DNA of 63,229 nt, filler included, from Rhabdomonas costata (GCA_019059605.1; 39 parts of 39 records of this genome joined end to end with filler, not necessarily neighbours in it), one strand, 5' to 3'; counted from the whole stretch's first letter, positions 12,685 through 24,629 are shown. Numbers and translations are program-made. The notes: a model not told the origin generated them from the sequence alone.

Positions 12685-14637
12685 GTACATCCTCCCTCTT
12701 TTGTGACTTGTGTGACTTTCTCCCGCGAGATGTTTCTGATTTCCGTGTTACGGCGGCGGCTTTCTGGTTTGCAAGGGGTACGTTGGGGCTGCAGGTCCAA
12801 TGCCCTTTCTTGGAGGATCCTGCACGAATAACAAGTCATTAAACATCCGTTCTGGAGGAGGGCGGGATTTGTACAAGCAAAGAGAATAGGCGACCACAAC
12901 AANNNNNNNNNNNNNNNNNNNNNNNNNNNNNNNNNNNNNNNNNNNNTTAATTAATTAANNNNNNNNNNNNNNNNNNNNNNNNNNNNNNNNNNNNNNNNNN
13001 NNATGTGGTGGTGTCCCTCACCAGGAAGAGGACGAAGAAGTTGAGAGATGTCGAATAGATCTGAGGATGGAGGCAGGATCGCGGTAGGAGTAAGTAAGTG
13101 AGTGAGTGAAAGAGTAAGTAAGTGTGTGTGCGTGTGTGCGTGCGTGTGCACGTGCGTGGAATATCCACGTGATCGATGCGTCTAGGTTCTGTGTTTGGCT
13201 TAGTGGTTTTCTTAAGATGTCGAAGAGCACAGGCTTGCGGACTTCATGGACGACTTTTGGATGGCCGGCTGAGAATGGCCTTCGTCCGTTTGAAAGGCCT
13301 TTTTCTTTTTGAGCTCAAACTTACGGCTTCCAGATACGAGAAGATGATGTATCCAGGAGTCTTCGTTCGTTGTGTTTGCAGTTAACCTCCGCCTCCCAGC
13401 TTGCCTTCTCAGTACGGCGTTCAAGATCAATTATTGCGCGAAAGGACCTTCCTGAGTAGGCCTGCTACGTGTATGTGTTTCCAGATTTCATTTTTTTTTT
13501 TGCAAAGAACCAGAAACCGGCCGTACATCTTGCTATTTTGCTTCATGTGCAAGTTTGCTGTTTCTTTTGGCAGTCTCTTGACAGGGCTGGAGCCAGCATC
13601 CACAATCCCTGTGTGGTGTTCAATACCACGCCCTGCTTCGAGGTGGATTTAGGGCTCACATATGGGATACTCTGCCTCCGCCGCATGGCTGCGGAGGGCA
13701 GCCCATATAGGAGGCATTGCACAGGATGAGCGTAAGACATCCTTGAACGCGTGCTACACAGTGGGGGGGAGGACCCCGGTGTTCTCGAAGCTGAGCTATT
13801 CGGGCGAGTTCGGGGGAGAAAGGGTGAACCCCATCCCCCAGTTCTCTACCTCATCGCTGCACTTCGGGAAGAACGCAAAACACGAACCCCACACAGATGC
13901 ATTGTTCACCACAGTGCTCAGTCCTACTGTGCCATACACAGTTAGGACTTGTGTGACTCAACAAGGCAGAAAAAAAGGACAAAAAAGAGGGAGAAATTCG
14001 TCAGGGTGACGGAGTCGCCCAACTCTCTGTTCCCAAGGAAGGCAAGAAAAAGGGTCAGTGCAAGAGCACTGGGGTGTTGCGCGCCCAGTGGAGCAAGACT
14101 CCCCTGGGCGTCCCCCCCAGACTCCGTCACCCCAGGGGACACAGAAACAAAAGTGAGCAAGTATGCCTCCCCCGACCGTTGCCGATCCTCTCTCCAGAGG
14201 AAAGTGGAAAGGCGGGCCTGGGTACAGGCCAGAAAAATAGACACGGACGCGCACACGCGAACCGCAGACACACACCAAATACCAAGATCGAGCATTTCAA
14301 AATTGCCTGTTCAGGTGTGCCCCTCCATCTTTTTAAGTGGGCCCTTTAAAAAACGGCCAGAGAAAAAGGGAGAAGGGAGCTTAACGATTTCATACACTGC
14401 AAGGCGGTGCTGGAAACGGTCAGGAAAAAGGCATAGAACAATGGGAGTGAGAAGTTGTCCTCCAGAGTGCAAGGAGGCCGAGGTCACACGACACCATAAG
14501 AGGGGGTCATCTGCTTGCCAACCAAAANNNNNNNNNNNNNNNNNNNNNNNNNNNNNNNNNNNNNNNNNNNNTTAATTAATTAANNNNNNNNNNNNNNNNN
14601 NNNNNNNNNNNNNNNNNNNNNNNNNNNTGTGGTTGTG

Positions 14638-15270
14638 GATAGGAACTATGGGTCGTGTGTGTAGGACGGTATGCTTGGTGGTGATCCAGTTTTGTAGCAG
14701 CATCTCTTTTGGTTATTTGTGCATACTGAAGGATAGATAGTTATCTTACACATCTTTGGCTTGGTGTCGGGTTCTTTGCGCTATGTGTCTGGACGTGAGG
14801 GTATGGTGTACTGTATGTCTGCTATCGGGGGTTTCGGCTTCTGCGTATGGGCTCATCACATGGTTATCGTTGGGCTGTATGTGTATTCTTGTGCTTAGTT
14901 TAGTGCTGCGACTTCTGTGGTGTCGATTCATACTTCTGTCAAGGTGTTTGTAGTTGGAATCTCTCCTATGTTTTCCTGCTCCTATTGGTTCTGCTGCTGT
15001 GTGGTCGTTCTTGGCTTTCTTGGTGTGCTTTACTTCGGGTGGATTTACGTGTTTTGTGCTGTCTTTTGCTTCCTTGGACATCACTCTACATGATAACTAG
15101 TTTGTTGTTGCTCACTTTCATACGGTGCTTTCGTTGGAGCTGTGTTTGGAATGTTTGTTGCGTTGCCTGGGTTTTTGTTTAGTGTGTCGATCTGTGATGG
15201 TGCTGCTGTGCTTCAAGCGTTTCTGTTGACTCCTGGTGCTTTTCTGGTGTTCGGTTCTATGTATTTCGCG
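14638..15270 (+). pseudogene. cox1: Mitochondrial cytochrome c oxidase subunit 1 internal fragment (euglenid-like), with 6 in-frame TAGs, 2 frameshifts and block deletions
   Basis: Reads DRNYGSCV*DGMLGGDPVL*QHLFWLFVHTEG*IVILHIFGLVS...GREGMVYCMSAIG..G..VWAHHMVIVGLYVYSCA*FSAATSVVSIHTSVKVF / *L...[44 protein letters not shown] / GAVFGMFVA...GAFLVFGSMYFA. Cox1 motifs appear in the expected order. Confidence 0.97.
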
Positions 15271-15424
15271 TTGTCTTCCTCTTGTCTCCGTGTGTATGTT
15301 CTATGGTAGTAGTCTGTGTGGTAACGGTGTACTGTGTGACCGATGGTGGTTTATGCTGTGTGCTCACTCCCATGGTTGAGCTGCTGCTTGTTGGGGCTCT
15401 GGTTGTGGAGTTACGAGTGCTGTG

Positions 15425-15640
15425 GACCCAAGGCCATTGTGTGAGTGCTTGTGCTGTCAGCCTTTGCAGTTAGTTGGTAGTGGTGGCCGTTGTTTGTACA
15501 TGGCATCTACTCTATCCTGGTGATTGCATCTGTTCATGGTGAGTACGTTGGTAGTGGTGACGATGGTTTTGGTGTACCGGTTGGGCATCCCATTCATTAA
15601 TCTGCTGTCAGTGGAAGGGCTTTGCGGTGTGGCTGGAGGT
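15425..15640 (+). pseudogene. Possible decayed mitochondrial nad4-like fragment
   Basis: QGHCVSACAV (~GH.lsSa.mF), then in a shifted frame with TGA=Trp, GGRCLY...LVYRLGIPFINLLSVEGL (~N.g.Pf..lf.vE). Weak match; it sits next to the cox1 fragment. Confidence 0.33.
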
Positions 15641-18600
15641 ATCGGTGCTTACCCTACACTCAACCTCTTGTACATGCCTTGGCTTCCATCTCACGTGCGT
15701 ATCATTCTACTAGTGTGTACCTTGTGTGGAGAGAGTGTACCGGTAGTAGGGTGTTGGCATCATAGCGTATGGCATGTTGGCATCTCAGTCTTTCGATCCC
15801 CTCCCATACCATCACTGACTCAGGGAGTGAAAGTACCCCCTTGCTTTTACACTTGAAGGCATAGAAGTACGAAGCATGGTTCTGAGCGTAGCGAATAAGC
15901 CATGCGTAGTAGAGGGTAAAGGGCATCTGCGATAGGTGATGTAGAGAACTGGTTGGAATGCTTACACCATATGCCTAACTCACCAACATTACCAGCAACG
16001 TCCCTTCCTCCACAACAGCCACTCAAACCACCACAATGCCACCACTCCACCATCACACCATCAGCACTACACTATCACTCCCTCACCACTACCAACACAC
16101 CTCCAACAACATGGCACAGGAATCGGAGACACACACCATCCTAACAAACACCNNNNNNNNNNNNNNNNNNNNNNNNNNNNNNNNNNNNNNNNNNNNTTAA
16201 TTAATTAANNNNNNNNNNNNNNNNNNNNNNNNNNNNNNNNNNNNNNNNNNNNCATATACGAGCGGGAGGGGGGGGGGAGGCACAACACTTTATAAACCAC
16301 AAAGCAAATCGGGGCAAAATAGTGTAAGGGGGCGTTAACCAGCTTCATGCAGGACCAAAGAACTCTTATTGCACCTTTCTAGAGTTTTTTTTCACGGTCG
16401 TAGTTGTTGCGGTGCCATAATTGGGAACTTCTTGCTGGGCTTCAGCAGCCAAATGACACCGGTTTACACCAGGGGCGGAGGCGAGCGCTGCGGAGTGGCC
16501 CCAGCGGGCGGCGGAAGCGGGGACGTTGCATACCGTAGAACCGTACACCGCTAAACCGCACCGCGAAAACGTTGATGCAGTGTACCACACACCGCCGCCA
16601 GCTCGTATAGTGGTGCTGTAGCGTTTAACGCCCAACCCACTAAAAATTTTTGTGTGTGGAGAAAAGTGTTTGCTTCATTCCGCTGTCTAGAGAAGTTGCG
16701 AGAACCCCGCTAGGGAAGCCAACTACCGCTGAACGAAACATGTCAGCAAGTCACTCTAGAGCCCTGGGAGCACAACGCACATAGAAGCCACTTCTTTTCA
16801 AACAAAAAGAAGCTTTTCGGGCGTTGCCTTTGAACCCACAGGTGGCTTCTAAAAGTATCGCTAAGCCACAAACCAGTAGCAGTAGCTAGGCATCCGAGAC
16901 TCTTCGCGGACAAGGTGGAGCAGCATCTTGGTTCCGCAGAAGCAGCTCACCCCCCACTGCTGCGTGAACTGGTCCTGTTGCGGGGGGCAGGCCAGCCCGT
17001 CAAAGGCCATATCCTCCAGCGCTGCATGGGCAACGACCCCATCAATCAAACAAAAACGGGAAAGGAATGACAAATATTCTAATAGCCAGCACGGGCGACT
17101 AAACGGACCACGAGCGCAGGTTCATCCCTTTGCTTTCCACAAAACAAATGCATCACGTGCCCATGCAAAAGATACAGAGAGCTACCGCATTTTCCGCCGT
17201 ATGCAGCTGCACTTTTGAAATGCACTTCCATATGGACCCGCATCCAGTTTTCTGTCTCAAATTCAATATTTGGGGACCAGAGCTTCGGCAGAAGCAAACA
17301 CACGCACATGACGCTTTGCAAAATTGCTGTCGTGTGCAAGTTTTTGTGTTTAGCTGGGGATATTCCTTTTTGCCGTTTTGTGCTCGCGTCGCGAGCGCGC
17401 TTGACGAAAGTACTATGTAATACCACAAAAGGGACGAGAACGATGAAACGATGGAGGACCTGGAATCATAATTCCAGATGATTGCGAGTCCCACACATAT
17501 ACGAGAGAAACAATTTTTCTGATCCGCACGTTCTTCCGCATCTCACTTTTGTTTCTTCTCTGTCCGAAGTTAAATAACGCGGAACAGTGAAGCAAACCCC
17601 GGCAACCAGCAGGGGGGCTGAAACCTGCAGCGATGTTGCAGTCCATTGGCCAGCACCACCCATGCTCAGCCCCTCCAGAGACTGGCCCTGTGGCTGCAGG
17701 GGAAGAGGCCGTCATAGCCTCTCGCAACGCACTGGCAGCCCTCAAAGTGCTCCACCTGCCCCCCCGTCCCCCCCCANNNNNNNNNNNNNNNNNNNNNNNN
17801 NNNNNNNNNNNNNNNNNNNNTTAATTAATTAANNNNNNNNNNNNNNNNNNNNNNNNNNNNNNNNNNNNNNNNNNNNTGTGTTTTGTCAGAAACCAAATAA
17901 TATATTTTGATTGCTTATCTTTATTTTGGATCAACCCTCCCCCAAACTCCTCAACGGATGTGTGCCGTTCACCCATCGAAATCTTATTCGGACACATCTG
18001 GTACATTTACGACCTACATGCTGCTCTTTTTGAGGCTGTTCGTGCTGTTCCTTCCATTTTGTAATTGCCGCTATGTAAGCCGCGTAAAGCGAGGAATCTG
18101 ATGTTTTTTCCGGCTCAATGAGTCGTTGGCTATACATGGAGAAAACCGATGTTGCCGGTTATTGAGTTTGCAGGTGTTTGCAAAGCCTCCGCAAAGTGAG
18201 CTGCGCACAGCGAGGGTTATGCGCAAGCTGTTCATGTGAGAATGTGTTCCTCTGTGTTTTCAGGACTGTTGTCGTGTCCATAGTCTCCATCTAGAATTTA
18301 TTTTTCCTTCCGTTCTTCGTATATTGCCTTACAGGGGACAAGTGAAACAACTTAATCTCCCAGTCAAGCGAGTTATAAATTGGGCCGCTGACTTTCCTTG
18401 TTTTGTTGCAAAAAACGCCACGTTTCTCTCACCACTAAGCTGCTTGCTCAGATAACAGAACAAACAAGCTGTGCAGCCAATGCAATGTGATATACTGGCG
18501 GAACAGCAGATGTTTTCCTAGCGCAGTGCCCGACAGCCCAGCAGCATCTCATGAGCATTTGGAATACTAATACAGGCAGCCACGCTCAGGAGTTAAGTTG

Positions 18601-21163
18601 GAAAGATCCACAGTTTCGTGCCTACACATGCAACTCGGATATCCCTCCTTTGATCCTGGAATTCTAGATCAGTAAATAGCAGCTGATGTTGCATGACGTG
18701 TTGGCCATCCAGTGCGCACTCATCGCTTTGGGATAGAATGTCATTTGGATATTCCAGAGTGACATTGAGTTTGATTCAAGTTTGATTCAAATGATCTTTT
18801 GCCAGCAAATCAAGAACACGTTTCTACATCACACATATGAGTGGCGTTTGATTGAAGAGACAGACAACTGGACCATGAGAGACGGTTGTCCGAAGTTCCA
18901 ATCCACAGTGCAGACATACAATATGTTCATACTAGTGCAGCTTCACACATCATTGGCGCTGAACATGATCGACTGACTGAACTACAACCTTCATCTGAAG
19001 GTAGTGGGAATCCCACTCTACAACAGTATCCGAATGTTGCGCAGGCTGCTTGCGCACAGTTCGCGTCGCCACCAGTGGCTCAATGGCATCAAACAATGCA
19101 TTTGGACACGTTGAGGCACTAATCGCTCTGTTCCACAACAATAGGTTTCAGTACAATGCCTTCTCTGGAAGACCCGTCGAGCGAACATTGGGTATGAGCT
19201 GCTCTCATTACAGTGATGTTGCGCAGGGTCTTCATCGTGCAGCGAGATCGCGAGTCTCGACGCATATCGGCAGAGCTACATGAAGCTAGAAGAGCATGTG
19301 GATCGTGGCTTCTCCTCCAACTCTTCTGTCTCCTCTAAGAGCTCAGGAATATTATCAGCTAATTCGCCATATTCTTCTTATTCATGCAGAAAACACAAAC
19401 NNNNNNNNNNNNNNNNNNNNNNNNNNNNNNNNNNNNNNNNNNNNTTAATTAATTAANNNNNNNNNNNNNNNNNNNNNNNNNNNNNNNNNNNNNNNNNNNN
19501 GTGTTGGGTGTGTGTGGGTTTGTGGTTTTCGTGTTTCGGTTTCTGGATTTGGGTGTCGGAGTTGGAAATTCGGGTTCGGTCTTTGCTTTTGGGTTCGGCA
19601 TTCGGCATTCGCTTTCGGTTGGAACACAGGCTCTCTTTGCATCGGCTATCCGGTATTCGGTTTCGGTTTCTCTCGGTCGCTTCGGGGACTCTATGCGCAT
19701 ATTTGAAAGAGCAGTGGGCACTGGCATAACCCCGTATTCGTACGAACCCAGCCGGAAGTATCACCGTGGTTTAGGGGGTGGAACGCCAGTGACGTAGTGA
19801 TGAACGGATTTAGTAGGCAGATTACCCATGTAGCTGGATTTCGTTTGTGTAGGACTTGATGGTGTTAGTGGTTCCATAGTGCTTGGGTTGGTCGGCGTAG
19901 CGGTTTCTGTCTCCGTCTCCGTTTCTGTGTCTGTGCCTCGGTAGTGCTTTCCCATCTCACCGGTTTCTATCGTTGTGTGGCCTTCCCAGGGATTCAGGGG
20001 TTCTATCTTTCGTCGTGTCTCTACGTCTCACATACCTCCGCGAGAGGACAGAGTTTACCAGACGCCTACTTTCACTATACGCGACTGCACGAGTACACCA
20101 AAGCACAGTTCAGGCCCCAGTACCATGCGTAGAAGAGGTTCCGCATGCGAAGTTGAGGTGACCGCACTGATGAGTGAGGTGGTATCTTTTGTGGTGTCTT
20201 TTCCTTTCGTAAATCTGTGAATTGCATGCAGATTTTTTTGCGCAAAAATATTGATGATGAGAATGTAAGTTTTGAGTTTTGGGTCTTTTGTCCTGTGTAC
20301 ACAGAGGATGTGCTTCAGGGTGCGCGCACACTCATTTGGATGCATCGGGCACTGCCGTTCAGTCCTTCCGAGCGCGGGGGGCATCGCACCCCGCATTCCT
20401 GCTCAGGGAACACACCTGCTCCTCGAACAACCGGAATTAAGACAAAAATTGTCGAAATGGCAGAAATATAAATAAAAAACGCCAAGCAGCGCGTCACGTT
20501 AAAGCTGCGGCGGGCTTTAAACACTGGACGATGTGACCCTTGTCGGCGGCATTGCATTAGTCTGAGAATTCCGATTCTGTGGGCACGCTCACAGGTGTGG
20601 AAGTCCCTGCCGTGGATGCGGGCTTCGCTCGAGAGAAAGGCGCCGCAGTGGCCCCTGTTCCTCAGAAGGGGCCCGAAACCTCCCTGCGCGCTGCCCAAGG
20701 GAAGGTACACTTCTCTTTTGTTGTGTCGTCGTGTTTAGTCTGTTTGGTGACTGCCCGCACACAAACACGCAATCTGAAGGCCGCTCAATAGTGCTCAATA
20801 GTGCTCGGCCGCGCCTCGGACTGGCCTTTACACCTAAATCTATTCAATTTTGTTCTAAAAGGGGTCACGGAAGCAGCAGCAATTTTTCATCGTCCAATGA
20901 TCTACGTCGCGGGGAAGCCGAGAAGCACACACAGAGAGAGACAGGAAGGTCACGGAGGGCGTGCGTCCACTTCGCACCTGGTTCCGATTTTCGCCCCGAA
21001 ATAATTGGAATATCACAGGCANNNNNNNNNNNNNNNNNNNNNNNNNNNNNNNNNNNNNNNNNNNNTTAATTAATTAANNNNNNNNNNNNNNNNNNNNNNN
21101 NNNNNNNNNNNNNNNNNNNNNTTCTGGATTCGTAGGGTTGGGGCTGTGAATTTGTGGGCGTAG

Positions 21164-21615
21164 CATTCGGTGTTGGAGATGTTGTGGACGGTGGTGCCTG
21201 TTGCGTTTTTTTATTTGTGGTTGGTGCATGGGGTGGCTACGTTGTATGAGGTTACGGGTGGTGTAAATATGGTCTTCTATGGTCGTCTTTTTGTGGGTCT
21301 GTTGCTTCTGTGGTGGTTCATCAATGGTATTGGGAGCTGAAAGGTGTGAATTATCAGTTGGTTGGCAGTGGCGCGTTGGATCTGGTTATGGTGCGTATAT
21401 TGCTTTGGTATCAGCCCTTGTTTGTCGCGTTTGGTTCCTCAGTTTGTCTAGCGGTTTCTAGAGTGGTAGCAGTTGCCTGTCTTGGTGTGAAGTTTGATGC
21501 CGTTCATGGCCGCGTTTCTCGGGTGTGTGTGGTTAGTTCTTCGGTTAGTGCGCTGAGATTTTTGGTCCTACTTTCTGTACGGCTTTGCGCGCACAAGTTC
21601 GTATACATTTGTTAG
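21164..21615 (+). pseudogene. cox2: Mitochondrial cytochrome c oxidase subunit 2 fragment, frameshifted, CuA motifs damaged
   Basis: HSVLEMLWTVVPVAF...TLYE (LE..WT..P helix), then after a frameshift VVVHQWYW...LGVKFDAVHGRV. The DVxHS and CxExC motifs cannot be read. Confidence 0.9.
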
Positions 21616-23286
21616 CATTCTGTCTCCTTCAATTACAGCTAACGTAATGGAATGGTCCATAGGAGGATGCCGAATGACACAGTGGCCACAGAGGGTGACG
21701 TGGAGAACACTCACTGCTAAATCACCATCAAACACATCTTCCACCATTGGGAGAGTGGCAACCGCACATCTTCAGGTGTTGGAATGGGACGATGATGGAG
21801 CGGGTTGTTAGAGAGACGCTGAGATGCACCATGAAACCTTGCTGATGGCTGAGCTGAGACACCCGCTGCACATCGACCTCCAGACCGACTGGGAGTGATA
21901 GTGGAGAGTGACACCTGCTACACCGTTGGTGGTGAGTGGGGACAGAGAGTGAGACCAACGTGAGACAAACGCGCCACTCACTCTAACCATATACCACCAC
22001 CACAGAAGATAGGATATCTACTCCTACTGAGGTTGTTGAGAGATGGCAGCAACCGCATGTCAGAGGGTGAGAGCATGCCTCTATGTTAGAGTTGATGCAA
22101 TGCCAAGCTGAGGACATGATGGGTGTATGGAGTGGCGGTGGATGCAAGATAATGGTGGGACACTGGAGTCTATGGTTAGTGTCATCGGGTATGCTTTTAC
22201 TGCGTGAGCCCCAAACACTTGTGCAGAGATTTTGAACTGGACAACACTCCAGAAGCTCTAAAGCCACACAGTACAGCAACACACAACATGCACTTACCAA
22301 GCACTTAACTTACCAAGCACTTAACTTAACAAGCACTACCAACATCCTTACATCCAACCACCATGAGGCCAGCAATCCACACATCGTATCACTCGACACC
22401 ATATGACACTGACACACACAAAGCACTAACAAAGCACTACAGACAGAGAGCATGGTTGCAGGGAGCATGGTTGAGACGGACAGCAACACCAACACCACAC
22501 TATAGTCAAGGTGACGTACACACTCTACTACTAGGGTAAACCACGCCTAGGTTGGAGAGGAGATGACAATATGCCCTAAGCTAGGATGACAACACCCTAC
22601 TACCGATACACTCTGTAGCACAATACTACACAAGTTACACAACACCNNNNNNNNNNNNNNNNNNNNNNNNNNNNNNNNNNNNNNNNNNNNTTAATTAATT
22701 AANNNNNNNNNNNNNNNNNNNNNNNNNNNNNNNNNNNNNNNNNNNNGGTTGGTGTTTTCTGGTGTTACTTCCCCTGCCACTGCGGCACATCCGTAACTCC
22801 AGAGTCCTGCTCTGCTAGTGATCCGGTGCTTTTCCTTCGGCCATGCCGATGCTGTCATCTCACTAACGGCTCTTTCATCGGCTGCAGGCTTTCTCAATCT
22901 TTCTATTGTACCGATAGAGCCCATTCTGTTTTCGTCCGAGTGAGGGAGTGGTTTTGTCCATTGAGAAGAGGGGAAGCCGCTCAAGTCATGGCTGCCGAGC
23001 AGTCTGAGCCAAATCAGGTTGTCGTACTGCACGCTTTCACACGGCTCTGTTCCCTTCCCTCGCCTCGCGCATTAAGGTGAACCTCGCCAACACCCTTCTC
23101 CTGTAGACCCTGTCCTGCATACTATTCCGAGCACCCTCCACTCCCTGGTCCTGTGATAGACTGGACCTTTTCAATCGGGGACCGCCCTCGCGTTCTGGTG
23201 AAGGGTAAAGCCGGTAGCAGAGAGCTTCATCACAATGCACTTTTTCGCCATCTTTGGAGGTGTTTTGGCTGGTGGGATGCGTTCGG

Positions 23287-23805
23287 ATGCAGTTTGAGCA
23301 AGCCTTGCTGACCGCGGCGCAAGTCATCGAGGATCAGATCGATGACCGCCTACATGAGCTGGGTTGTTTTCATCCCCTTCCCGTCCACTTGTGTGGCATT
23401 TTGTTGGTTTTGTTGGTATGGCACAGACAAAAAGCTCGGTGTCCAGTCCTTGTGGTAATGTTCTGGTTGTATGGTTTGCGTGTTGACCGAACCGAAATGT
23501 TTCCAGCGTTTTGGTGTGAAGCGCTTGCCGTTCAAAACCGTTCCGTAAAACTACCCATACGGAAGGGGTGCACATAACACGCGTGAATGAAGGCAAAGCC
23601 CCCCCCTCCCCGCACCAGAAGTCCTCAAGTGCTAAAAATGCTAAAAGGTGTCGGACCCTATTCTGACAAGAAGTCGGTCCATGTTAGGTGGGTTTACTTT
23701 GTTTTTTAGATAAGGTTGATGATGACGAGTTGGTGCGTCTGCGCGAGAAGAGAGTGCAGCAGATGAAGCAGGACCAGGAGCGCCGCACCCAATACCTCGC
23801 CGCGG
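23287..23805 (+). CDS. TXNDC9: Thioredoxin-domain protein 9 / phosducin-like protein 3, N-terminal exons 23287-23362 and 23710-23805
   Basis: MQFEQALLTAAQVIEDQIDDRLHEL|DKVDDDELVRLREKRVQQMKQDQERRTQYLAAG matches the PhLP3 N-terminal helix leading to ..wl..GHG.Y. The intron is GT-AG, phase 1. Confidence 0.85.
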
Positions 23806-24629
23806 GTATGGCACAGAATGCACACCTGCGTGAGCACAAGGGTGGGAAAGTGCTGTTTACAGCATTCCCCGATGCTGATGGACGAATGGGATGCTTGAGC
23901 CTTGCTAAGGTTGCTTTCTCCCGTACATCAACCTCTTTTGGGTCTTAGAAACCGTCGTGGGTTGGGGTCATGCTGCATAATTTCGTAGCGTATGTGCGAC
24001 ACAACAGAGGTTATTTTTTCCAAGGAGACATGTCACAGTAGGTGGACGAGCCTTGCATCTTGTGGGGTCCGAGGGGAGGGGTCCCCAAAAGACATTAGTG
24101 CCTGTGATGTAGCGTTTTTCTGCCATGAGACCCGGACCTGCAGGCGGAGATTCCTGTCCCAGTGTGACGTGCTTCGCATGTGTAATGGGGACCCACTTTC
24201 TTGTCGTCCATCTTTTTGGACACGTCACCAGTTCTGTCTCTTTTCTCACCCTTTATTTTTCGGTCCTAACNNNNNNNNNNNNNNNNNNNNNNNNNNNNNN
24301 NNNNNNNNNNNNNNTTAATTAATTAANNNNNNNNNNNNNNNNNNNNNNNNNNNNNNNNNNNNNNNNNNNNTTGTGGTGTAGCGACTCGATGGCAAAGTCG
24401 GAGTTTGTGAACACCTTGCTGAACCTGCGAATCAGGTTGCGAAACGCACATTATGCCTCTATGTGTGGCTCGAGGTTTTTGGGGAGGCACAACCCGGATG
24501 ATGGAAACCCGGAGTAGGGTTTCCATCATATGGCAATGCATTCCAAATGCAAAACCATCAGACAGTGAAAGGGGAATGGTCAGCTTTTAAAAAAGAAAAA
24601 AGAAAAAAAGAAGGCTCAAGATCTCGGTC

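Noticed and set aside
14756-15182. ORF-track calls (e.g. MAWCRVLC..., MVLLLCGR...) in the GT-rich contigs
   Set aside because: These are wrong-frame by-products of GT-rich composition. The meaningful frames are the TAG-containing cox1 frames.
19950-20220. cox3-like or nad5-like words (LMSEVVSF, FPGIQGFY)
   Set aside because: These are isolated short matches with no ordered series of motifs.
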